Numbered from the whole stretch's first letter, positions 35,651 to 48,282 are shown. The stretch is DNA of 61,979 bases, filler included, from 21 parts of 21 records of this genome joined end to end with filler, not necessarily neighbours in it, one strand, 5' to 3'. Numbers and translations: made by a program. Notes: generated by a model from the sequence alone, not told the origin.

Positions 35651-36186
35651 GGTTCTCTTCGTGGTTCTATAGTTATATTTTCAGTCTTCTGCATTGCAAC
35701 TGGAATGGCAATAGAGGCCTTAAACATGCTGGCAGATTGAATACAATGACTGTCAATGTGTAGCGAAAACTATTAGCCAAAAGTCGCTATCAACAATGTT
35801 CATCGAAGGTTCTTCATTTTTAGATTCAGTAGCTTTGTTGGTACCGCCTGTAATCAAATGTAGTTTGTGAAAGAAACGCCTTTGATCACATTGTTTCCCT
35901 CATTTAGTGAAGTAGAGGTATTTCTAGGAGTATTCAGCTTAGCGCATCAGTTTCAGAACTCAGCTTTTCCACTGTTTTTTTCACCGTTTGCTTAGCACAG
36001 TGGCCGGACGCAATACAACATTCGGTATGCCACACACTTAGTGGTTCATATTAGCAAAATATGTCTCCAACTTTTTTGTAAAGCGTGTTCATCGTTTTTT
36101 GAGTGTTCATAATATGGATTGTTGTGATGAGCTTTTGAATGCAGATTATCTTGACTGTATTTCAATATTTGGATTCACCAATGTTC

Positions 36187-36958
36187 GTCTTGAATGGGTT
36201 GAAATATTGTCAGATCGTGAACTAATCAAAATGACGCAAGGTTTTGAATTGAACGATATAATGTCAGATCGTTAATTGATGAAAATAACGCAAGGTCTTG
36301 AATTGGTCGATATATTGTCAGATCTTGAATTAGTTGGTATAATGATAGATCTTGAATTAGCCGAAACAATTCCAACTCCAAGTCTATAATTAGTCTAAAT
36401 AATGCCAGATCTTGTTTAATTGATCGGAATATTTTCACATGTTGAATTGATCGAAGTAGTGTGATAGCTTGAATTTTTCGAAATAATGCCACCTCTTGAA
36501 TAAGCGGACATAACGTTATGTCTTGTTTGGTTGAAATACAGCTATGTCTTGCAGTGATAGAAACAAAATCCGATCTTGAATTTGGCAAAATATTGTTGCA
36601 TCTTGAAGTGGCCGAAATAATGTCAGATCTTGAATTAATCGAAATAACGCAACGTCTTGAATTGGTCGAAATAATGTCAGATCTTGTATTAATCGAAATA
36701 GTTCAGCGTCTTGAATTGTTCGAAATAATGTCAGATCTTGAATGAGTCGAAATATTTCCACGTCTGGAATTAGTCTAATTAAATTCAGATCTTGAATTGT
36801 TTGAAATAATGCCGGGTCTTGAGTAAGTTGAAGTAATGTTAAGTCATGTTTCACTCGAATTAAAGCTGTACCTTTAATTGGTTGAACTATCTCCAGATCT
36901 TGAATTGTTTGAAATAAAGGAAGACCTCGAATAGGTAGAAATATTCTTAGGTCTTGAA
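36187..36958. repeat. Degenerate 27-bp minisatellite (consensus close to TCTTGAATTGGTCGAAATAATGTCAGA)
   Basis: TCTTGAAT recurs at 27-nt spacing, and ORFs crossing it read as 9-aa repeats (IQDLTLFRL). Runs to the contig end. Confidence 0.93.
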
Positions 36959-37540
36959 NNNNNNNNNNNNNNNNNNNNNNNNNNNNNNNNNNNNNNNNNN
37001 NNTTAATTAATTAANNNNNNNNNNNNNNNNNNNNNNNNNNNNNNNNNNNNNNNNNNNNGGGGTAACGTAAATTTGCATAAAAGGGGGTTACGACCCCCGT
37101 TTTCGCACAAATAGTGTGCCGCATAGGGTCATTCATTATTTTCCATAACAATCCATGTTGTAATATATCAAATTAAAGGGAATCAAAAAAGGATTGCATT
37201 TAATGTGTTTTCAAACCATTTAAACATTTATTTTTGCCTTAAAAGAGCCATTGAAAGGCAGAAATATGCCAACGGAATTGAAATACTGAACAGCGATTTC
37301 CTCGTCATATTATCACTTGTGTAGTCATGCTGTAAGAAATTCAATATTGCCCTAACCAATATTTTTGGTGTTTAAATGAGTTGCTATAGTCCCAATAAAC
37401 ATATAGGGCCTATGCATTTTCCCAACATTGATTACATAATATGCATAGGGCCTATAAAAGAAAGCAAATGCTATATTAAACATATTTACATACGTTTTCA
37501 GCAACGGTGCGGTGCTTCGTGAAGATCCTAATATATTGTC

Positions 37541-39177
37541 TTAAGCTGCTATTACTTCCAAGTCTCCTTTATTGTAGTCTTTTTCCAAGTTTATTGTATA
37601 TACTCTCTCCTCTTCTCCTTCCTTCTGGTCGTAGACAATGTTATACCAATCTGGATATCCCAGGACCTAAACACCAAGAATATTACGGTATTGTCTACGA
37701 AAAGTAAATACTGTACATGCTTTTTTCAACTGCAAATTACCTACTAATTATAACATGCAACATGCTATGAGTTTGGTTAATATTTAGCTATGCAGGCTAA
37801 ACAGATTTAGGATATTCACCTGGGACAGAACCTTTCCATTGTACCACACCTCTTCTTCATTTTCCTCTGTCTGCCATCTATGTTTTACGCGGCGCCCGAC
37901 AAGCCATTCGACTGCTGACTGTTTACGCTTTCGTACGTTCTCTGTGCCGGCAAGTACAATCAGTTTAGCAACGTTCGCTCGCAGGTCAGCTACAGTAAGT
38001 GTCTTCTTGTCGATGCTAAACCGGAATAACTGCCTATCTGCTTTCTTCACCTCCTGCTTCAACACACTTTCCCGAAAACGTAACTGCGCTTTTAACGCGT
38101 CCCTTTTTTCAGTCACTGATTTTAAACAGGCCAGCTTCCCATCCACTTCCTCCTCCGACTGCCACAGTCCAAAGTAAATAATATCGTCTGTCGTGTCTTC
38201 CATCTTCTGCAACCTTCCCTTTTCCAAATTTTTCCTTTCCACCTCCTTCTCCTTACTCAATCGCAACCGTTCCATCTTGATTTTTTCTGTTCTTTCCTTG
38301 TACTTAACCTTACTTTCCCTTGCATCCTTCATTGCTTTCCTGATAACACTTCCAAGCTTGTTTTCTTCTAGTGTCTCCAGCCACTCGCTTGTCCGGTTTA
38401 CTTTAAACATGAGGCATGCTTCTTTAGCAATGTTTGATATATTTGGTCGTTCTTTTATCAGACGATCAGTGAGAGCGAAGACTCGTTCTGCAAACTTATT
38501 CGTTAACGGACAAGACTTGGTGTCGTCGCTTATCAGATCTTCCAATTTACCACCTGGCAAAAAATCCTTAAAGATGGCGGCCATGCTTTTGTGCAGTGCT
38601 GGGAAAATGACTGCCAGCATACTCGACACATAATGGTCTATCTCTTCGTTTGGTTCAATTAATTTCTTGAAAAATACATCATCCTTGATTAGATCCGGGA
38701 ATGGCGAAAAGTTACCCACCATAAATTGGTTGATGTTGTCCTGTTGGGCTGCCTCCTTTATAGATGACACCAGCTGAAAAATCTTGGTGGGCATCTCTTG
38801 CATGGTGATTTGTTTGTCTTCAAGCAGACGCCAGAAAGGGCTGGTGACTTGTTTTGAAATAAGGCCCAGCGCTTTGATGCCGGCAATGTGGATTGGTTCT
38901 GAAATATCTGAGAGAGTTGCTTGAAGTAATCTGTTGTCCGAATTTGATTCAAGGTATGACTGGTAGTCTTTGTGCAGAAGATAGATGAAAGATGCCTCAA
39001 AAAATAGGATATTAAAACGGTTGTGCGAAAATCTTTCCAGTGGTACACGTTTTAGTCCAAGTTCTTTCAGCCTTTCTGCGATGTGGTTCTTGAAGTCATA
39101 ATACCTTCCACTCTTCTCATCTCCACCCCGCGAAAATGCTTTGGCTACTGTCCGCATAAGTCTGATAGCTCCAGGCT
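37541..39177 (-). CDS. DDE-type (hAT-related) transposase, 5'-partial, two exons (39177-37820 and 37666-37541), C-terminal Spin/Ssty Tudor-like domain
   Basis: GGDEKSG, RFNILF, TNKFAERVFA..D....RPN, coiled coil. Phase-0 intron 37819-37667 (CAG|GTGAAT...TTTAG|GTC). Exon 2 is 126 nt and encodes VLGYPDWYNIVYD...VYTINLEKDYNKGDLEVIAA*. The transposase call rests on recalled motifs. Confidence 0.72.
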
Positions 39178-39277
39178 NNNNNNNNNNNNNNNNNNNNNNN
39201 NNNNNNNNNNNNNNNNNNNNNTTAATTAATTAANNNNNNNNNNNNNNNNNNNNNNNNNNNNNNNNNNNNNNNNNNNN

Positions 39278-41127
39278 AGCTCGAAACCATAAAGTGACTG
39301 GTAAAATACTAGTTCGCGGGCGCATTTCTGTAAGAATGGGGTTTTCGATTTCCCGGTATTAATCACATTAACCGACACTTGGTTGTCGCAGTTAATTGTG
39401 ATTTGCTTACCATACCATGTTGAGCTCCACATTTTTATTGCAACTATTACAGCCAGCAATTCCAATGCATTTATACACAGATTTAGGGCTTTTATGGTGG
39501 TCGGAAATTCAGCGTGAAAAGCCTCAGTGTTAAAAATGGCACCACATCCCGACAAGCAACTGTCGCTTTGAAATATTTCGTCTGGGCTTGACCATTTTTC
39601 ATCAGGTATGAGGGATACACCGTTGTACTGACGTATGAATTTATTCCACCATAAGATATCGGATTTGAACTCTTTATCACACCTGAAGTGATAAGAGTTT
39701 CGCTTCAAAGACCTTAATTTGTTTAGGAGCCTAGCTGTAAACACTCGAGCGGGTCGGACGCAATTGGAGACAAACATTAACTTTCCCAGTAGGCTTTGCA
39801 ATTCGCGCTTAGTACCTTTTCGTTTAGATAACCATATTTCAGTTAAATCTGAGAGTTCGTTTAGGCGATCAGCTGTTATTTCGCGCGTCATTTTGTTTGA
39901 ATCAAACCATACGCCCAATACTTCCATTCGAGTGCATGGTGGCTCTTCTTTATCGGACGACTCTTCCAAGTTTAGCTCATTTAGAACATTTTTTAACATG
40001 GAATGTGTTTCAAATGCTTTACTGCCAGTATTAACACCGAAAAAGTCATCGACGTAATTGAGAATATCGCCATGGTTAGTTTGGTTCACTATGAAAGTTA
40101 CGGCGTTAGTGACGCGTTGACACGCCATAGCTGACATCCTAGCGCCGAACATTAATGCAAGGTCAATAAATATCTGACCCCGCCATATGAAACCTTGTAG
40201 GTGATAATCATGGGGATCAATGCGAAATTGTCTATAAGCACGCCTTAAGTCTCGTTTGAACATTAAGCAGTTCTGCCCATGTTTAAGAACAAGGGAGCTA
40301 AAAGTATCTACAGTGGGGTAAGTTAAGCTTACTTGCTCACCAAGATAGACATCTTTTGGTACGCCATCATTTACGGACCTACCCGGCGGGAAAGACAAGT
40401 CGACAACTACCCTCCTTTCGATGTCACTACCCTTCTTACTGACTGTTTGCAGAGGTGAAATCCTAAGCTGTGTATTAAGTGGGTTAGTGACGAATGGGCC
40501 AGCAAGTGCGCCTAATCTTGTTTCTTTCTCTATGTATTTATCCACTTGCGATACGTGTTGCATAGCTGAGGAGTGATTTTTAGTACAAGAGGTAGGCAGG
40601 CTTTGGGAACAATAGCCCACTGGCCACCCGAATTCCAAGAAATCGACGATTTCGTTGTCCTGATAGTTTATTAACAATTCTCGCCATCGTTTGATGTTCA
40701 ATGTAGTTTGAAGTGGTATGCGACATGCTAGGTAGTTATAAGTGCCAGAGCGATTCACTTCATTATGTAAATGATTAATCATGTAAGACTGCATGGTAGC
40801 ATTTCTTTGCGGAGACAAGAAAATGAGCGTGCAGGCTGCCAAAACTAACACCATGAGGGCCTGAGAAGCGAGCAAACTAACTTCCCCTATATTATTTATA
40901 ACATAATGTAGGGGTTTATAATGCTGTGTGCTGTCACTGACTACATGTACCTCGGTGCGATGCTGCATGGGCCTGCGTGCGCATGTAATGCTAGGGGAGC
41001 CAATCCCAGCACGTGATACACTTGTGAGTGGCAGGGCATTATCTACATGTGTTGGCAAATTACTACTTTTTGCGCAGAATGACGCATCATGACGTCTGTG
41101 TCTAGGCCGTTTGGTACGCTGAGGCAA
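39278..41127 (-). mobile_element. DIRS/Ngaro-group retrotransposon RT-RNase H ORF, 3'-partial; start uncertain
   Basis: FLEFGWP, LAGPF, RVVVDLSFPPGRSVNDG, DLRRAYRQ, FGARMSA, YVDD, LQSLLGKL, SDSCLSGCG, INALEL, CDN. The tyrosine recombinase is not in this contig. Confidence 0.9.
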
Positions 41128-41289
41128 TTGGGTGTGCGTGAAAACTGCCGTAGTTTGCGCGCGCTCTGTACTTGCCTGTTGCCAACTAGTATAGGTTTTG
41201 TGTGAACTAGAAGAGCAAGGTTTATCATAAACGGAGACACTAGTTTTGAAAGCCGAAGCTGGGGGGTCAGGATAGGATTTATTACTTAG

Positions 41290-41746
41290 TCAGCTGCTTT
41301 GTGCAAAATGCGCGTCTGCACCGGCGCAATCATTAGCCGAATGAAAATAAACGCTGCCTGATTCCGCACATTTGCTACAGATATGCATTTTTCTGCATTT
41401 GCCGGTTTTCTCGTACCTGCATTTTTGAGCGCTATTGAAGAACCTACATATTTGCCCCGTGTTATTCTGCATGGTTGCAGCGACAGGAGCAGGCAAATGC
41501 TCCTGCTGTTTTTGTAACAAGATTGGTTTACGCATGTTCTGGGGTACAGCAAATGTCCATTTAGCGACGGCATCGAAATTGTCGCCCCAGTCTGCCTTCC
41601 CCTCTTCTATTCGTATGCAAACCTTTCTGTAAAATTCTCTAGCGGAGTCAAAACCATGGAGTATCGAATAGTACATGACGTCTTTTAGTAATTCGATCCT
41701 ACCCTGAACTTCTTTAGGTGGGACCGGGGAGTTACGGTCAGAGATA
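41290..41746 (-). CDS. DIRS/Ngaro gag-like ORF C-terminus with Cys/His finger, 5'-partial
   Basis: ICRFFN...C...C.KMHICSKC......H.A..C upstream of the RT ORF. Confidence 0.75.
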
Positions 41747-42093
41747 NNNNNNNNNNNNNNNNNNNNNNNNNNNNNNNNNNNNNNNNNNNNTTAATTAATT
41801 AANNNNNNNNNNNNNNNNNNNNNNNNNNNNNNNNNNNNNNNNNNNNCAGGCATAAACCTATAACAGTGGCAAAAACCAAGTTGTTGCAATTCTCACGATT
41901 AGAATTGGCCTACAGCTAGATACAGTAAATGAAATCAGGTGTCATATTTATCGCCATAAATTGCCCAACAGTGACCAACAAGCTGGTTAAGGACATGTAG
42001 GTTGCATGCATTTTTGTTGTGATTCCTTTTGTACAATTGAATAAGTTACTGATCACGTCTATGTACTCTATCTTTTGTTTCTTTTAATTGCAG

Positions 42094-44017
42094 GTTACCT
42101 CTACAAGCCTAGCCATGTATGAGGCAATGAAAAAGATGATTGAGATATGGGAGAGGGAGTTGTCTCTTGATGCAGTATTGGTAAAACTCCAACTTCCTAG
42201 AGTAATACGACCAGACAACTTTTATTACCAGTGTTTCAAAGACATTGTCACATTATTGTTGGGATTCAACGTCTTCATAGTGGTCTACCATGCGGTCATA
42301 TCGGATGACTACATAGAGTTCCTTGTATTGTCATATTTAATAGACATCATATTTTTTGTCTATACCATCATCTCATTTCGCGTTGGTTTCGTATACAAAG
42401 GAGAATACATCAAAGATGTGGGGTTGATTCGAGATCGCCTCATGCCTTATCGCTTACTCGCTGATATGGCTGCCATATTCCCGATGGAAATTGCAGCATC
42501 ATTTTTTGCTGAACCGTGGATTCGCCATGCAAGCTTCTTTCGACAGAACAGACTTATCGCTTTCATCGTTCATGTGCCAGGTTATTTTAATGAGAAACAA
42601 AGCGAACCCGGGGCTAAACGAGCAATTTGGAAAACGATGAAATATGTACTGATTGTTTTAGTGATTAGCCATATTTTAACATGCTATTGGTATTTCCTTG
42701 CCTGTTCACATCAGTATTTCAAAGATAAGCGAGAATTTTACTGCAGCAGAAGTAGACTAAGTGTGATTAAGTCAGACACCGATGCCTCTTGGAGAAGCGT
42801 GTTTCCAGATTATAATGCATCTCAAGAAGGAAGCATGCAGTACTATAACCCACATGATTTATACCACTTGTCTCAGTACTGGACTATTGCCACCCTCACA
42901 ACTACAGGCTTCGGAGATGCAAAGGCAACCAACCACATTGAACGAATATACTCGACCATTGTCATGGTGATGCAACTACTTATGATGGGCTATGTGGTTG
43001 GCGAATTGGCTTCTCTGGTAACGACGCTGAGAGCACGGAAAAGCCGATACCGCCAAAAACTTGAACAATCGAAAAAATACCTTCAATCGATTAATTTTGC
43101 TCCCGAAGACATTGCTAGAGTTGCTAAATACTATGAGTACCAGTGGGTTACAACCAAGGGTGTTAACTCGGATGGTTTGCTGGCAGACTTACCTTTACCA
43201 TTGCAAAGTGAGGTGGCTTTGAGCTTGACAGAATATGTTTTGAGCCAGTCATTTCTGTTTAAAGATATGGATAAATCTCTTCAGCGAATCATCAGCAAAA
43301 GATTCTCAATGGTTTCATACTTGCCAAATCAGCTAATAGTGCAGAGGAGTGATTTGGAAAATAAAATGAGGTGCATTATTAGAGGCAGAGTGCAAATCAT
43401 TGCACCAGACGATGAGAGTGTCATAGCTACGCTAGGAACGGGTAAAACCTTTGGCGAAATTGGTTTGCTCTGGAATATCACACACGCATTTTCATTCAGG
43501 GCCAAAACATACTGCGACATTATGGAGATCAGCGCTGTGCACTTGATGGACTTGCAAGAGCTCTATCCTGAAATCAATGAGCTGTTGAATGAACTAAGCA
43601 GACAGAACTTTGCAGAAATTGGCAAACTAGCAGATGAAGAACGTAAACAGCGTTTGAAGAACGTTGCAGGTACAAAGCGTGCAGCATTTTTACTTCCAGA
43701 AGACATTTCCGAGATTGCTACCAAGGGTACTGAGTTTCAAGCTGATGAGAAAATTGTACAAAAGTGGTATAAGAACATGTTCGACCCGGGTGGAAAACTG
43801 GTCATATTATGGCAGGCAGTGGTTGTTAGAGTTGTTGTCGCTCTATGTTGGTTGACAACTCACGTGGCATTCTTCAATGTATTCACAAGAGACGTAGGTA
43901 CAAAGCTAGATGAGACTTACATAAACTTCTACAATGTTTTTGTGCCCGTTTCAAACTTCATTTTTCTTCTCGACATTTTTGTCCGAATGAAGACATACGT
44001 ACAGCTTACCAAAGGAC
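42094..44017 (+). CDS. Internal exon of a cyclic-nucleotide-regulated K+ channel, CNGK-like (tandem channel repeats)
   Basis: Polypyrimidine tract and CAG acceptor at 42091-42093. S1-S6 with pore YWTIATLTTTGFGD, C-linker (YYEYQW, LP..LQSEV), CNBD FGEIGLL; a new S1-S2 (FDP..KL..W...DIFV) starts before the contig end. Confidence 0.8.
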
Positions 44018-44342
44018 NNNNNNNNNNNNNNNNNNNNNNNNNNNNNNNNNNNNNNNNNNNNTTAATTAATTAANNNNNNNNNNNNNNNNNNNNNNNNNNN
44101 NNNNNNNNNNNNNNNNNAAAACGTTAGGAAAAACAAAAATGCAATGCTGTTCAATTTGTTAATGATTGTCTTAAAGCTATCACAAACTCTTGACAATTTT
44201 GTTGTTCTGTTATATATTTGCATATTTTTATCCGGGAATGAATACACTTATAATTCCTCCTTCCCGGAGTCCTAATAACATCGAAACACAAAAATGCAAT
44301 GCTTAATTTGTTAACACAAACACATATGTGAAATGCCAAGTC

Positions 44343-44515
44343 AAAACGGGCATAAAGTAGGCTAAAAAGTTACCAGATATGCTCGAATATTCATTTCTCA
44401 GCCAGCCATCCACTTCCAGAAGAAGCTGGAGCTCCCATCTGGCAGTAGATGGCTGGCTGAGAAATAAATATTTGAGCATATCTGGTCACTTTTTGGCCGA
44501 CTTTATGCCCGTTTT
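44343..44515. repeat. Long imperfect palindrome (arms about 78 bp)
   Basis: 44343-44420 is the reverse complement of 44438-44515 with scattered mismatches. Confidence 0.93.
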
Positions 44516-44605
44516 CATATTGGGCATATGGGGAGCACCGCCGTTTGCGCCACGTGTAAATGAACGTGAAATCGAGCACACAGAGATGTGAAGCAATTAG
44601 GGAAT

Positions 44606-47600
44606 TCATTTGATTATACTGCCCAATCGACCAACTTGACTGCGAAGTCTCTCGACAACCTTGCTCCCTTTCTTTCCTCTAGTCCCAGTGATGTGAGCAA
44701 TTGGCAGTCCCTTACTCTCATCCCCATTGACATAATAAAATGCTGCCTTCTTTACAATTTCAGGTACTGCTACAGCATTTGGTAGAGCCCAGTCAATTGC
44801 ACAACGAATGGCCAGTGTCGATGGCAACTGGGGACCTTTTTGAATCTGGCTATCCATCACGCTAAAATATGTCTCAACTATCGCTTCTGCGCCACCTACA
44901 GCCAATGCTATGTCGAAAGATGTCATGAACACTTTCCCAAGCCGATTGTACACTTCAGGCACCGTATACATTGCCTTTATGCATCCATTTTCATTGAAGA
45001 CCGCCTGCACTTTGCTGCCATCTTCCAGTACCATGTTGAAGAGGGTATCACACTGGAACGTACTTCCCTGTGTTGGTGCAGTTGTCAGAGATGTCAAATT
45101 CAAATGATTAGCTAAAGGTGACACTTCGTGGGTGGGCTTAAACAGATACTTGAAGCGTAGGCTGTTGAACTCTTCTTTCCACAGCATATCTCTGAAACCC
45201 AGCTTGAAGCTTCTGTATACAGCATCTGCAAGTTCAGCATCAAAGTCTTCACTATCATTCAACTGAGGCAACAAACACACTTCTCGAAAAAACCCTCTGA
45301 ATGCGCTCTTACCATGCCGTTCAATCTGGATTTGGCTCGCTTTTGTTTGCACCCTTTCACCGATTGAAGACTTCCCACAAAATAATCCAACCAAATCCTC
45401 TAGATCAAAACATTCCTGCAGCAGCTGTGCACAGTCAAGTTGGCAGCTTCTTTGACGCTGGAGAAAGGCCTCTGACAGGTCTGTGCAAAACCCTCCGGCA
45501 TCTATCACTGACCGCCGTTTGGAACGTGTGCGCCAGTTCACAAGAGGCTCATCGTTGCTGCTACTTTCCCCCTCAGTAACCTGTTCTAACTCCTCCGACT
45601 GGTCTAAGTTTCTCTCAACTATACGCCACCCTGCTAACAGCTTTACTCCGTCAAAAATTGGAGGGTCTGTCTGGCTTTTCGGGTCTTTCCATATTTCTGA
45701 CACAGCAGCAGCAAAGGATGGTACATACTGAAGTTCCTGTTGTTTCAATGAGTTGCCTGCGAAGCACAGCCATTCCCCTAATCTTCCGATCCACTTTACT
45801 GGCTTCCAAACAGGCACCCAGAGCGCCTGCACCCTTTCCATGACAATGGTTACTGGTGTGAGGATGTCGTTAACCAACAAAAGATCAGACACGAAGTCCT
45901 GCCCACGAATATCGTACAGCATTGTATCTTCAGACTCTTCGCCTGCTTCAAGTGCAAATCCTCTGAGTCTGGGGTGCTTGGCAAGGGCCCTTGTAAATAA
46001 TCCATAGTGGGCCTCTGTGACTTGGAAGTGCTTTGCAGCAGAGCTAATGAAACGAGTCTCACTGAAGGTTTTTGCTGTTGCAGGCTTCACTGCTATTTCT
46101 TCTGCTGTTGCCTCCATAACGGACCTGCCTAATCCTATACCGAGTTTGTGAAAGTGGTTCGATCTTTTGATAAGATCTCTGAAGAATTCGCTTGATTGAC
46201 CTATCTTACCATTCCGCACAGCTGTAGCTGCCAAATTCAGGTAATGTGCAGGGTCCCAGCTAACCCTCCGTAGAAATTTAGTTCCTTTACTAAAAGCACG
46301 CTGAAATGCCTGTGCCTGATAAAATCCGTCACCTGCCACTCCCACCAACTGGTCCAACGCACCTTCTCCTAATTCCGATCTCACACGCTCTAAAACTTGT
46401 GATGCTGATTCTACTGCAGTACCACCTGTTACGTCTGCTTCATGTGTAACATACAGCTCATCACATGATATCAAAATTGGCACACGCTCACCATCAGACA
46501 TAACACAGGCGATTTTACATTCTGTTGTTTTGTGGCTTGGTGTACCTCTGTCGACGGCCAAGTAAAAAAAGGGTCTATAACCAGTGCATGTTAGTGGCAT
46601 CATCAAGGCTTGAGTCACCTGATCTTTAATTGCAACATTAACACAGGCCAGCAGTGGATTGATCTGGTTTCGGGAGTGTCCAACTGTGCCAATATTTCCA
46701 CCTGTAGCCAGCACAAGAGCAGCTGCATCTTCGTAGTGTAGTGCCGCAGCTTTGGATTTCACAGACGTGATGGCACATGTTACAAGTGATTCCGCATACT
46801 TCAGTTCTGATGCTTTTGCGTTGTCCTCTGCTGCTACAGCTTTTGTACATTTGATGTGTGTCATGGAAAAACCAGTGACATGATCAAGGAGTGATTTCTT
46901 GAAATGGGCCCATTTGGGATTTCCTCCATTACTCATAAGTATGTATTTTTCAGCATCAAGGTAAAATCCAGTAGCAAAGTTTTGCATGGATGAACTGAAT
47001 GCCGCTTGTGCCGATTTTTCTGTTATCTTCTTGGGAAGACTCTTTTTTTCCACTCTCTGGCAGATATTACAGTAGACAACAGCACATGTTTTTTCCTCCA
47101 GAACAAGTTCAACTACTTCGATGCAATCTAGCTGATCCTTTGCATCATTCAGATTTTTTATCTTACTCGCATCCAATCTTGATAGTGCACTAAGCGTCTC
47201 ATGCTGTGTGTTTGGCGGTTTTGGTGTTGATTCCAGTGGGCTAGACATTTTTTTCTCCAATCGTTGTAGTGTCTCCAGAATTCGCTGTAACACAGGGTCT
47301 GGTGGTTTGCTTTCTTGAACTTTTGCATACTGACTCAAAACCTGCTGTGACATCTTGGTTTTCTTGGATTTTGTAAAATCATCTCCTACATCAACTGCCA
47401 CTTCGAACTTGAATGGCAGTGTCACGTCATGTACTTCTGTTTCTGACATCTTGGCTTTTGGAGCATCTGACATTTTGGATTTCTTGGCTTGTCTAGCATC
47501 GTCTTCTCCATCCTCTGCCAGTTCGAACTTGGATGGCAGTGCCTCTTCATGTATGTCTGGTTGTATTTCCTTTTCCACAACACCTAGTTTCTCTTCTGTC

Positions 47601-48282
47601 TGTTCTTCATCTTTGGCCTTTAACGGCAGTCTTTTTTCTGTCTCTTTGTGTAAAATGTCTTCATTATGCTCCAATGATACGTCTACAACTTTCTCTTTCT
47701 CATCTTTATGCCAAGCATTCCCTTTCAGATTGTGTTGAGTAAATTCCTCTTTATCAACACCTTTGTCTGACCCAGTTACGGATTCATTGTCAGCATCTTC
47801 CGATAGCTTCAGGCTGCAGTGGTCCGGAGGAACAAAATAAGTCTTGAGTTCGTGATCCCCTAATGTCATTTCCTTGTGATGGCGTGCAAAATGACGTTTC
47901 ATGTGGTACTGATCCTTTCGGTAAATCTGAGTAAAGGCACTTGTTGTTTTCTGGGCAGCACATTTGATGCACATATGAACGTCTTTCACTGTATTTCGTT
48001 TCTTTCCTGTTTCAGTTGTTTGCAGTGCCGACACCCTCTTTTTTGACATCATCATGGCGAATGCATCTTTTCTCTTCGTCCCCTGAGCTGCTGAATCTGT
48101 GCCTACTGATGTCATTGCAGCTGTTTGATCAACGTGAGATTCATCTCTAGCTAACAGTGCCTCGAAGTGACCCCCCTTATAATAAATATACATAATGTAT
48201 TCGTCATCAGAGTACTTTCTGAACGTGTCGCTAGGGCTGAATTTTATTGTTGATGACACCTGTTTTCCATCAATGAGAGTTA
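44606..48282 (-). CDS. Large hAT-related DDE transposase, 5'-partial
   Basis: BED-like CIKC...HFARHH, then LAVDRGT, GVAGDG, SWDPAH (CxxH position), ETRF and AEAIVETYFSVM. Frame is open to the contig edge. Confidence 0.72.
47348..47553. repeat. In-frame direct duplication with 120-bp period inside the transposase
   Basis: HEEALPSKFELAEDGEDDARQAKKSKMS versus HDVTLPFKFEVAVDVGDDFTKSKKTKMS. Confidence 0.85.

Noticed and set aside
36187-36958. CRISPR-like array or LRR-like ORFs (36226-36588, 36516-36854)
   Set aside because: Units are contiguous and degenerate with no unique spacers and no cas genes; the ORFs follow from a unit length divisible by three.
37784-37819. ORF-track C-terminus VNILNLFSLHS
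   Set aside because: Read-through into a predicted intron; the spliced exon completes a recognisable domain.
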